Positions 22,392 through 30,282 of a DNA stretch of 64,000 nt are shown here, in pieces (the first letter of the stretch is position 1; each line of letters opens with the position of its first letter). The translations under genes and the position numbers were made by a program. The notes beneath the pieces are model-generated. The model was not told the DNA's origin and did not search any database. It saw only the letters and a program-made list of their open reading frames with translations. This DNA comes from Alistipes sp. (lineage in GTDB: Bacteria; Bacteroidota; Bacteroidia; Bacteroidales; Rikenellaceae). The stretch spans positions 14,016 to 78,015 of the forward strand of contig JAVBTS010000002.1 of the NCBI GenBank assembly GCA_031556075.1, in the 5' to 3' direction.

Positions 22392-22706
22392 TTAGTAAAT
22401 TGTTATAAGGTTTTCGATTCTGAACGACCGGAAGGCGTTGACCTCAACATCGAAATAGCGCACGGTTTTAGGCGATTCTGCGCCCGATCCCTTGACGAGC
22501 GCGGCAACGTCCCGCAATGTTCCTTTGGCGCGGCGTAACGTGCCATCTGTCTTCTCGTAGCAGAACAACACAATGCCTGTTCGCATCCGCTTTGTTAGCC
22601 GGTACAATGCCCACGCTTTAGCAAGACAGATAGCGAAGGTCTTGCCGGTGGTCCGGGCAAGCTCCCACGCCCGGCTCATAATGTTCGATAGATCTTTCCT
22701 TTTCAT
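22392..22706 (-). CDS. SH3 beta-barrel (WYL_2/DUF2693-like) protein
   Basis: FCYEKTDGTLRRAKGTL...YFDVEVNAFRSFR. Confidence 0.78.
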   Translation of the reverse strand: MKRKDLSNIMSRAWELARTTGKTFAICLAKAWALYRLTKRMRTGIVLFCYEKTDGTLRRAKGTLRDVAALVKGSGAESPKTVRYFDVEVNAFRSFRIENLITIY

Positions 22707-22726
22707 AGTTCTATGGTTTTTAATGG

Positions 22727-22984
22727 TTAGTCTCCTAAATACTGGCCGTTGCGAGCGCTTGCGTAATAATCAAGGCATCCGGCAACAAATGATGCGCTGC
22801 GGGCTGGCTCGTAATTCTTAACCTCATTGGTTTCTACACGTCCCTCAACTTTTGCACGAGCGACATTCATTTTTTCGTTGAACCAAGCCTTGCGCAGGCA
22901 AGCGGCGAAGCTCATAGTCTTGTTGAATCTCTTGAGAACCCAAGCGTTCTTCATTATCCGGCTTTTGTTGTAGGTGGTTTTCAT
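22727..22984 (-). CDS. Hypothetical protein with IMxxAW...FAxCLxKAW motif
   Basis: Motif shared with the N-terminus of 22392-22706; TATCTTTG promoter 33 bp upstream. Confidence 0.72.
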   Translation of the reverse strand: MKTTYNKSRIMKNAWVLKRFNKTMSFAACLRKAWFNEKMNVARAKVEGRVETNEVKNYEPARSASFVAGCLDYYASARNGQYLGD

Positions 22985-22994
22985 ATTTGTAGCG

Positions 22995-23116
22995 TTTTAT
23001 CCTTTTGTTTGTATTGCAAAGATAGGATAAAATATTTCATCTTCCAAATAAAAAGAAATGTTTTTTGCTTTTTTATTTCAATTTTGTATGGTTTTAACCT
23101 TTTATTTGTATATTTG
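22995..23116. promoter_or_regulatory. Divergent promoter pair with an operator-like inverted repeat
   Basis: TATCTTTG on minus (23017-23024), flanked by IR TTTTATCCT/AGGATAAAA; TATATTTG on plus (23109-23116). Confidence 0.62.
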
Positions 23117-23141
23117 CCGTGTAATATTAAATCATAACATT

Positions 23142-23387
23142 ATGGAATTACGAGTAAAAGAGGTTTGCAAAGAGAAGGGAGTGCAAATGCAAGAGCTTGC
23201 CGAGAAGCTCGGCATCAATAGAATAACGCTAACAGCATCCTTGAAGGGGAACCCCACAATAGGAACCCTTGAAAAAATAGCTATTGCCCTCGGCGTTGAA
23301 GTTTCAGAACTTTTCGCTCCCATCACCGGGGACACTATTGCCTGCCCACATTGTGGGAAAGCAATCAGATTGGAGAAGGCTGAATAA
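23142..23387 (+). CDS. XRE/Cro-C1 HTH regulator with C-terminal CPHCG
   Basis: LRVKEVCKEKG...ELAEKLGI...GNPTIGTLEKIAIALGVEVSELF. Confidence 0.88.
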   Translation: MELRVKEVCKEKGVQMQELAEKLGINRITLTASLKGNPTIGTLEKIAIALGVEVSELFAPITGDTIACPHCGKAIRLEKAE

Positions 23388-23407
23388 TAATTGAAAATTA
23401 TGTGAGT

Positions 23408-23716
23408 ATGAATGCTACTGACATCTTTAACTACATTGCAGGCCTTGAGGCTCAATGCGCAATGCTTTCTGAGCAAAGCAAGTTTAAAAAGGAGAATTTG
23501 GTAGATGTTACAAAATTCTATGCAGTTCCAATGACAACAGCAGAAGTTGCCAAACTTCATGGAGTCTCAATAAGTCGGGTTCGAGACTACGCATCGAGAG
23601 GCCTCATCGAATTACACCCCAATTCGACGGATGCAAGGATGCTGTTTCGCGCCAGCACCATACTTGCATTCGACTTCTCAGAATTGAGGAAAGCTAAGCT
23701 AAGGCTAAAGTGGTGA
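23408..23716 (+). CDS. MerR/excisionase-like HTH protein
   Basis: MTTAEVAKLHGVSISRVRDYASRGLI. Confidence 0.65.
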   Translation: MNATDIFNYIAGLEAQCAMLSEQSKFKKENLVDVTKFYAVPMTTAEVAKLHGVSISRVRDYASRGLIELHPNSTDARMLFRASTILAFDFSELRKAKLRLKW

Positions 23717-23815
23717 AGCACTCCACCTCTACATTCGGAAATATTGTTGACCTCTCATATTGCAATACACCAATTAGGTTGGAAAAAGCCGAATAATTTA
23801 TAACTTTGCGACACT

Positions 23816-24376
23816 ATGGAGATACAGGTAATTCAGAACAAAATCTATGAGATTCGCGGCGTGCGCGTGATGTTAGACCGTGACCTTGCCGAGTTGTATC
23901 AGGTCACGACCGGCGCGCTTAACCAGGCTGTAAAGCGTAATGCCAAGCGTTTCCCTAATGACTTTATGTTTCAACTCACGCTGGAGGAGTTTGCAAACTT
24001 GAAATCACAAATTGTGACATCAAGTTGGGGTGGTATCCGCAAAATGCCATACGCTTTTACCGAGCAGGGATTGGCGATGCTATCAGGCTTGTTGAATAGC
24101 GACGTCGCGGTAAATGCGAATATCGCCATTATGCGGGCTTTTGTCGCTATGCGCAACTACATAGCCACCACCTCAACAATAACGGCAGAGTTAGCCGAAA
24201 TACGGTCTAAATTGACACTATTGGAGCGTAATGACGAGGATAACGCGGAGGCGGTAAACGATTTATCCGAAGATATGCGCAAGGAACTCGATAACATCTA
24301 CAACGCCATCGCTGCTCTGTCGGTCAAAACGCCGGAATTGACAATGCCTCGCAAGCCGATCGGGTACAAAAAATAA
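23816..24376 (+). CDS. ORF6N-domain DNA-binding protein
   Basis: KIYEIRGVRVMLDRDLAELY...NQAVKRN..RFPNDFMFQL...PYAFTEQGLAMLS; C-terminal RKPIGY. Confidence 0.9.
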   Translation: MEIQVIQNKIYEIRGVRVMLDRDLAELYQVTTGALNQAVKRNAKRFPNDFMFQLTLEEFANLKSQIVTSSWGGIRKMPYAFTEQGLAMLSGLLNSDVAVNANIAIMRAFVAMRNYIATTSTITAELAEIRSKLTLLERNDEDNAEAVNDLSEDMRKELDNIYNAIAALSVKTPELTMPRKPIGYKK

Positions 24377-24478
24377 ACATCACAAATTGTGATGTTAGAA
24401 GCTAAAGCAGCGGCCGCCCAAGCCCCCCCCTGTGCCAGACAAATCGGATATCACAAATTGTGACACCCCCGATAATGA

Positions 24479-24504
24479 AGCAGCCACCTCAACGGGTGGC
24501 TGCT
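24479..24504. terminator. Hairpin between the convergent ORF6N and TMP-like genes
   Basis: AGCAGCCACC-TCAACG-GGTGGCTGCT. Confidence 0.65.
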
Positions 24505-24769
24505 CTATTGATATTCCATTTTCTCAATGATTAAACCTCGTTCCCTCCTTCGAAGATGTATGAGTGATTTTTTGAAAATGCGGAACTTTCATAGGGCCTT
24601 ATCTATTTCACACACCCATTAAACTCACTTGTATGCCAGGTTGCACCTTGTTTTGACAACAAAGTGCAACCAACAACACCTCAAAATGCTATGAATTCAT
24701 GTTGAAAATTGTCTAAAGTAGACGAAAATAGAGAAATAATTTAGGTTATATCAAGACCAATAGCAGCAT

Positions 24770-27739
24770 TTACCAACTCTGTTTCATTTCTGTTTTCTTC
24801 AAAAGTGCTTGCGCTTCGTTGACATCCTGCGTGAGTAGGTACACCTTGATCCGGTCTATGCGATCATTTGTCGCCCGCAAATGATCGTTCGTTGCCTGCA
24901 AATTTTCTAACAGCAACTGATGTACAGCATCCTGTTTAGACAACAGTCCCTCCTGCTCTTCCATCCGACGGTTATTCAGTTGGCTAACAGACACAGGGGC
25001 AGATACGCTGCTTGTCATATATCCGGTTTTTGGTGCAACAAGCCCTCCCTGTGCGAACTTGCGACCATTGACGCTATTGGCTGCCGAGAGTGCGCCGATG
25101 CGGGCTGTGTCGCGCTTATTCACGATCGCCAGCAGCTCATCGCCCTCTATCTCGCCAATGGGTCGACCATCAATGTAAATCTGATGCCCGCCCTGCGCGT
25201 GGCTGCGGCCTTTAACAACCCCCATCTTCTCGCCAATAGGAATAAGACCTCCCTGTGCGTATTTCTGGGAAGAGATAGTTGCAACCTGTATCGCTCCCTG
25301 CGCTGCTGCTATTGCGGCGAAAGGAATACCCATAGGCCAGCCCCATTCCGCAAATGTTTTGGCAATAGACAGCGCAGTATTCATCAGCGCCTGCTTTATG
25401 TTGAGTTTCTTCTCGCGCTCGAACGCGACGCGTTCTGCAGCCTCCTCCTTTTCGGCTTTATCGGCTTCGAGCTTTTCAAGTTCCTTTCTGTACTTTTTCT
25501 CGGAGATAAGTCCCTTTTCACGCTTTGAGTCGAGGAGCTTAGACTCGACGTTATATTGAGCCTCGATAGCTTTTTTCTCCGCATTCAGCCGCCGCTGCGA
25601 GGCTTGCTTCTGGGCATCGATCATCGCATTACCAAGCTGGGTTGCTAACTCCCACGCCTGCTGCTCCAGTTGCTCAATCTCTTCGGGTTTGAGTTCAAAG
25701 GTTCGCATTAGCCAGCCCTTAAAGCCGCCACCACTACCATCAGCATTCAGACCCTTTGCCAAATTTTCAACCTCATTCTGGACCTCAGCCAGATTTGCAA
25801 GCGTTTGACCAAAAAGAGCATCCCTCTCCAGTCCATTCTTGAGCATCCACTCAAGATCTTGCCGGTAAGTTTGCGCCTGCGCCTCGCGAAGCTCGATCTC
25901 GTTTTTTAACTTGGCGGCCTTGCGTTTGTTGTCTTTAGGATCTGCTCCAAGCGTAGCATCCGCTATCCCCTCATTTAGCAGATATTGTTGTTTTGCCTGT
26001 GCAAGACTTTCTTCTACAAGCTTCCGACGCTTATCTAACTCACGTTTTAGGGCCTCAGTTATCGCCGCTTCGGCTTCGGATGCCGCACCGGGGAGCTTCG
26101 CGTATTCCTTGAGTTCGTCCATTGTAGCATTGCGGAGAATATCTGTGTGTTTCTTTGTCCCGCTATCCCTAATGTCGGTTGCTTTCTGGTCGTATTTCTC
26201 GATAAGAGCCGTTTTATCAGCCTCGATAGCTGCCACCTTTTCGGCATCGTGCTTATTGGCTTCCTGCTGTTTATTAAGTTGCTCTATTTTGCCATCATGC
26301 TCTTTTTGAGCCGCAAACAAAGCCCTTTCCGTTGCAATATTGTTCAGTTGGATTTTCTTATTCAGACTATCCTCCAGCGCTTGCACCTCAGCCTCTTGGT
26401 GATCGAGGTCATATTGGACGATGTCCACGGCCTGTGCCTTGCGGTATGCTTCATAGGCCTCTAACAGCTTCTTTTCATCCGCGATCTTCTTTTTCGATGT
26501 AGCCGCCCATTTTTTAGCCGCATCGGTTCGATCCTGTTCCATTTGAACATCCGCATCATCGTTGAGCCTGTTGATCCGGGTCTGATAATCCTGTTCTATT
26601 TTCACAAGCTCATCAAGTTCGCGCTGTTTCTCTTTGAGTAGCTTACGATCTCCGCTGAACCACCATTTCCACTTCGACTGCAGCGCCTTCACTTCGGCGC
26701 TGATAACCTGTATACGTTGATAAGCCTGCTCTTGCGCCTCTCTCGTCATTCGACGTTCGTTGGCTATTACTGCAATCGCCGATGCTCCCTGCGCCTTCAA
26801 CATACGAGAATTGAGCTCGATTGCGTAGTTATTGTCTTCGATGGATTTGGTGAATTTATCGAACTCCTTGGCAGCCGCATCGGCCTTCACGTTTCCGAGC
26901 ATCGTGGATAGCGCCCGCGCTTTGTCAATGATCCACCCAATGGCGGGTGCAAGACCAAGCGTGAGTACCCCCATAAGCAGGTTGGCACTCGCAGCGCTGA
27001 TGTTGAAGGTCGTTGCGAGCCACGTATTGGCATTTCCCCACGCGCGGGTTAGGCTCGATAAGATCGGAACATTCTTGATACCCTCCTTTTCAAATTGCTG
27101 CTGCAACCGGAAGACAGCCGACAGCGATGTCATGCCCTGCCGCGTACCCGGTATAATCTGCCCCAGCCGTGTGAGCACGGTTCCGTATGCTCCAATGTTC
27201 CGCTGGTTATTTCCAATGGTAGCATCAAACTGCTTTAACGCCGGATCAGCCTGCTCGATTGCCGCGAGGGTCTGCACACCCATAGGAGAAGCCTTTTCCT
27301 CGTCGGTCATTTTTCGATAGCTGATCCGCAGGAGCTCGAGGTTTTTTGATAGCTCTTCCGCAGAACCTACCGGAGCTATCATCGCCTTTGCCTGTGCGGT
27401 AAGAATCTGATTTACATCCGCTGCGGCAACTTTTAGAGTTGCGTTCGATGTTGCGAGCCTTTCAATTTCTACGGCTGCTTTATCGGCCTGTTTTGCGCCT
27501 ATTCTTGCATACTCAGTCCACTCCTCCATAGACTTTGAGTTCTGCGCCATTTCCTGCTTATACGCAGCGAGTTGCTGGGAATTTTCACTGAACGTGCCTG
27601 TGAACTGCTCCGCTGCCTTTACCGCGGATGACACCTCAGCGCTGAGTTTGCCGATTGTTTGCGTAACCTTTTGGGTATCTTTCTCACTATTCCCGAGATC
27701 CATAATAAGCCTGAATATCTTTTCTACTACATTTGCCAT
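24770..27739 (-). CDS. Phage tail tape-measure-like protein (989 aa)
   Basis: Long Ala/Glu/Lys/Gln-rich helical protein; IGNNQRNIGAY motif; two hydrophobic segments; C-terminal KYAQGG...GRSHAQGG...EIEGDE..IVNKR...KFAQGG typical of Bacteroidota phage TMPs. Confidence 0.75.
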   Translation of the reverse strand: MANVVEKIFRLIMDLGNSEKDTQKVTQTIGKLSAEVSSAVKAAEQFTGTFSENSQQLAAYKQEMAQNSKSMEEWTEYARIGAKQADKAAVEIERLATSNATLKVAAADVNQILTAQAKAMIAPVGSAEELSKNLELLRISYRKMTDEEKASPMGVQTLAAIEQADPALKQFDATIGNNQRNIGAYGTVLTRLGQIIPGTRQGMTSLSAVFRLQQQFEKEGIKNVPILSSLTRAWGNANTWLATTFNISAASANLLMGVLTLGLAPAIGWIIDKARALSTMLGNVKADAAAKEFDKFTKSIEDNNYAIELNSRMLKAQGASAIAVIANERRMTREAQEQAYQRIQVISAEVKALQSKWKWWFSGDRKLLKEKQRELDELVKIEQDYQTRINRLNDDADVQMEQDRTDAAKKWAATSKKKIADEKKLLEAYEAYRKAQAVDIVQYDLDHQEAEVQALEDSLNKKIQLNNIATERALFAAQKEHDGKIEQLNKQQEANKHDAEKVAAIEADKTALIEKYDQKATDIRDSGTKKHTDILRNATMDELKEYAKLPGAASEAEAAITEALKRELDKRRKLVEESLAQAKQQYLLNEGIADATLGADPKDNKRKAAKLKNEIELREAQAQTYRQDLEWMLKNGLERDALFGQTLANLAEVQNEVENLAKGLNADGSGGGFKGWLMRTFELKPEEIEQLEQQAWELATQLGNAMIDAQKQASQRRLNAEKKAIEAQYNVESKLLDSKREKGLISEKKYRKELEKLEADKAEKEEAAERVAFEREKKLNIKQALMNTALSIAKTFAEWGWPMGIPFAAIAAAQGAIQVATISSQKYAQGGLIPIGEKMGVVKGRSHAQGGHQIYIDGRPIGEIEGDELLAIVNKRDTARIGALSAANSVNGRKFAQGGLVAPKTGYMTSSVSAPVSVSQLNNRRMEEQEGLLSKQDAVHQLLLENLQATNDHLRATNDRIDRIKVYLLTQDVNEAQALLKKTEMKQSW

Positions 27740-27771
27740 ATTATCAGTATTTTTCTTATATTTGTAATATT

Positions 27772-27864
27772 ATGATTGACATGATTGAAACATTTTTAAA
27801 GGCAGCCGGCAAGACGTTCGTCATTTGCCTCATCATCCTTGCATTAATGCTTATTTTTTCGTAG
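27772..27864 (+). CDS. Putative 30-aa single-TM peptide, not in the ORF track
   Basis: MIDMIETFLKAAGKTFVICLIILALMLIFS*, with TATATTTG at 27757-27764, 7 nt before the ATG. Confidence 0.45.
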   Translation: MIDMIETFLKAAGKTFVICLIILALMLIFS

Positions 27865-28132
27865 TCTTCACTTCATCTCCCAGTTCAATTTTAGCGATCT
27901 TACACATCAACGTTTCCCTATGCCGTAGAAAACGCTGACTATATTCACGGTCTATCTGCGTTGCCAACTCGGCAAGATCATCAGCTCCACGATCGCGTAG
28001 CATCTGAAGGGTTGCCGTCCAAACCTCTCTGGCCATTTTCATCTGCAGCACAATGATTCGCTGCTTGAGTTTGGCAATCTCAATTCGTTTTCCCTGATCC
28101 GTAGAAGGTATTTTATCTTCCATTGTATTCAT
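27851..28132 (-). CDS. Hypothetical helical protein upstream of the TMP-like gene
   Basis: 93 aa, A-rich translation-initiation region, co-oriented with the element's leftward operon. Confidence 0.65.
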   Translation of the reverse strand: MNTMEDKIPSTDQGKRIEIAKLKQRIIVLQMKMAREVWTATLQMLRDRGADDLAELATQIDREYSQRFLRHRETLMCKIAKIELGDEVKTTKK

Positions 28133-28142
28133 TGTTTTTGTC

Positions 28143-28318
28143 TTTTTTAATAATCTCGCAAAACTCGCTTTTTTATAAGAGTCAGAAAAGTCAGTTTTTT
28201 ATAGCGTCCAAAAAGTCTACTTTTTTTAATAGACTCCGGAAACTCCGTTTTTTATATGGCCTGCAAATTCTGCATTTTTTCGGTTTTTTTTTATGGACTC
28301 GGAAAACTCGGATTTTAT
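28143..28318. repeat. Tandem array of 26-27-bp units: T-tract plus a 5-4-5 direct repeat with a different core in each unit
   Basis: Cores CTCGC-aaaa-CTCGC, GTCAG-aaaa-GTCAG, GTCCA-aaaa-GTCTA, CTCCG-gaaa-CTCCG, CTGCA-aatt-CTGCA, CTCGG-aaaa-CTCGG, separated by T6-9 tracts. Confidence 0.8.
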
Positions 28319-28319
28319 A

Positions 28320-28868
28320 TCAAGAGGCTATCAGCCTCCCAATCCTGAAATCAACGCCACGTACTGCAGCAGTAATTATCAACAAAATGCGATTAAAAGT
28401 GTCGTAGAGAAACTTTTGACTTTCGGGACCCGGCCACTCCGAGAACGGATGGCCCTCGAAAAAACGCCACGTAAAGATCTGTTTAGAAATATCTGTTAAT
28501 TGCAACTCGTTAAAGGTTTGTAGAACGGTATCATACGCCTCTTTGTGGTTAAAATCCGCACTCTCGATAGTAATATAGCGCACCTGTTCACCGAGCCGGT
28601 CGGTGCAATGCTGTCCACGCTTATAACGGAACGGAGAGCGAGGCGAACAGATATTAGTCTTGATTATTCGCCGGATAAAGAAATCCAGCTCATTCTTATC
28701 AGCCAACTGTGTCAATCGCATACTATTACTCTCCAGCTGACCGCATAGCACATCATTTACTACCTCAGCAGGATCTATTTCCAAGCGTGATAACCTAATG
28801 TAGTAGGCAGCACACTCTACCCATTTCGGATAGCGAGCTGTGATATAGTCGTTTAATATGTTTGCCAT
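28320..28868 (-). CDS. Sigma-70/ECF-like phage transcription protein
   Basis: Region-2-like DPAEVVNDVL and region-4-like LTDISKQIFTWRFFEG; WPGPE motif recalled from Bacteroides prophage proteins. Confidence 0.55.
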   Translation of the reverse strand: MANILNDYITARYPKWVECAAYYIRLSRLEIDPAEVVNDVLCGQLESNSMRLTQLADKNELDFFIRRIIKTNICSPRSPFRYKRGQHCTDRLGEQVRYITIESADFNHKEAYDTVLQTFNELQLTDISKQIFTWRFFEGHPFSEWPGPESQKFLYDTFNRILLIITAAVRGVDFRIGRLIAS

Positions 28869-28893
28869 ACGCATTGAAGTATCTGCTAATATT

Positions 28894-30282
28894 TCAAAAT
28901 GCCTCTTCTTCGCTCATAATCTCCACACTTGCCGCCGGCACATTATAATCGGCTATTCGCGTAAGCCCCTGATTGTGCCTAAACATCACATATCCTGTCG
29001 GCCCATTGCGTTGCTTGGCGATGATGAGCCGCCCCAGTCCCTCGGTAGTAATCGTTCCATATTGGCGAGTATTGATCGTCTTAATACCGTTCATAGCCGG
29101 ACGGTCGATGAAAATTACAATATCGGCATCCTGCTCGATAGCCCCCGACTCACGAAGGTCGGAGAGTTGCGGGGTTTTCTCGGCCCGCTCCTCAACCTTG
29201 CGCGATAACTGCGACAGCAAAATAACCGGAACGTCCAAGTCTTTTGCAAGAATCTTGGCGGCGCGCGTAGCCTCGGCAACCTCTCGCTCACGGATGTTGT
29301 TTCGGCCCTCGGTGCGCGTATCGAGCAGTTGGAGATAGTCGATGATAACCACACCAAGCCGCCCACGCTTTTTCAATAGATGGCATTGCGCACGAATGGC
29401 CCGCATTGAAATACCTGCCGTCGGGTTTAGGTAGATCGGCAATATAGACAACTCCGAATTAGCGCGCTCGAGCTTCATCCAGCTATCCGCCAGTACATTC
29501 CCCTCCTTATATGCATCTTTATCCGTATCGCTGCACCCTATCAGCAGGCGATCGCACAACTCCTGCCCAGACATCTCCAGCGAATAGATAGCTACCGGCA
29601 CATTTTGTGAGGCCGCTGCCTTTGCAAAGTAGAGCATCACGGCGGACTTACCCATAGCCGGACGACCCGCAAGGATAACCAACTGCCCACCTTGCCAGCC
29701 GCCGGTCATTCGATCGAGATCCGCGAGGCCGGTAGTGATTCCGGTCGGTCGACCTTCATTGCGGGCTTTCTGGCGCGCTTCGGCTTCTCGCAAGGCATCA
29801 GACAGGGCGGACTTGAAATGTTGCGGCATATCGTTGCATACAGCGTTACCGGCAATAGCATCGAAACGCTGCCCAGCCCATTGGAGCAGACCGGCGACAT
29901 CTTCGCCGCGTTGTTGTGTCTTGGCCGACAGCTCCTGCCCCAGCGCAGATAGTTGCCGAGCAATTTGCAGGTCCTTCAGGCAGCGAGCGTGTTCGGCGAC
30001 GTTGACGCCGGAACCTATGCCGTTCGTAAGGCCGGCAAGGTAGGCCGCCTGTCCTTTCAGAGCCGGGCGCTGCGAGAGAGTGTAGAGATCAACAGGCTTG
30101 CCGGCATTAAACATCGCCAACATCTCGAAGTAAATCCGCGCATTGACGGCATCATCGAAGGTTTCCGGCGTAATAATACCCGCAACCTCCGGCAGATAGT
30201 CTGCTTCGAGGATCAGCGCTCCCAGTACACTGCACTCCAGCTCGGGGGCATTAATCCCATTTGATTGTACCTGCTGCTTCAT
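28894..30282 (-). CDS. dnaB: Replicative DNA helicase, DnaB family (element-encoded)
   Basis: AGRPAMGKS Walker A, SLEM, IIDYLQL, LSQLSR, PQLSDLRESGAIEQDAD, KQRNGPTG. Confidence 0.95.
   Translation of the reverse strand: MKQQVQSNGINAPELECSVLGALILEADYLPEVAGIITPETFDDAVNARIYFEMLAMFNAGKPVDLYTLSQRPALKGQAAYLAGLTNGIGSGVNVAEHARCLKDLQIARQLSALGQELSAKTQQRGEDVAGLLQWAGQRFDAIAGNAVCNDMPQHFKSALSDALREAEARQKARNEGRPTGITTGLADLDRMTGGWQGGQLVILAGRPAMGKSAVMLYFAKAAASQNVPVAIYSLEMSGQELCDRLLIGCSDTDKDAYKEGNVLADSWMKLERANSELSILPIYLNPTAGISMRAIRAQCHLLKKRGRLGVVIIDYLQLLDTRTEGRNNIREREVAEATRAAKILAKDLDVPVILLSQLSRKVEERAEKTPQLSDLRESGAIEQDADIVIFIDRPAMNGIKTINTRQYGTITTEGLGRLIIAKQRNGPTGYVMFRHNQGLTRIADYNVPAASVEIMSEEEAF

Noticed and set aside
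28143-28318. CRISPR or TIGR-type guide array
   Set aside because: No conserved 23-47-bp repeat, the variable parts are 5-mers duplicated within each unit, no box C/D-like motifs, and no cas or Nop-domain gene nearby
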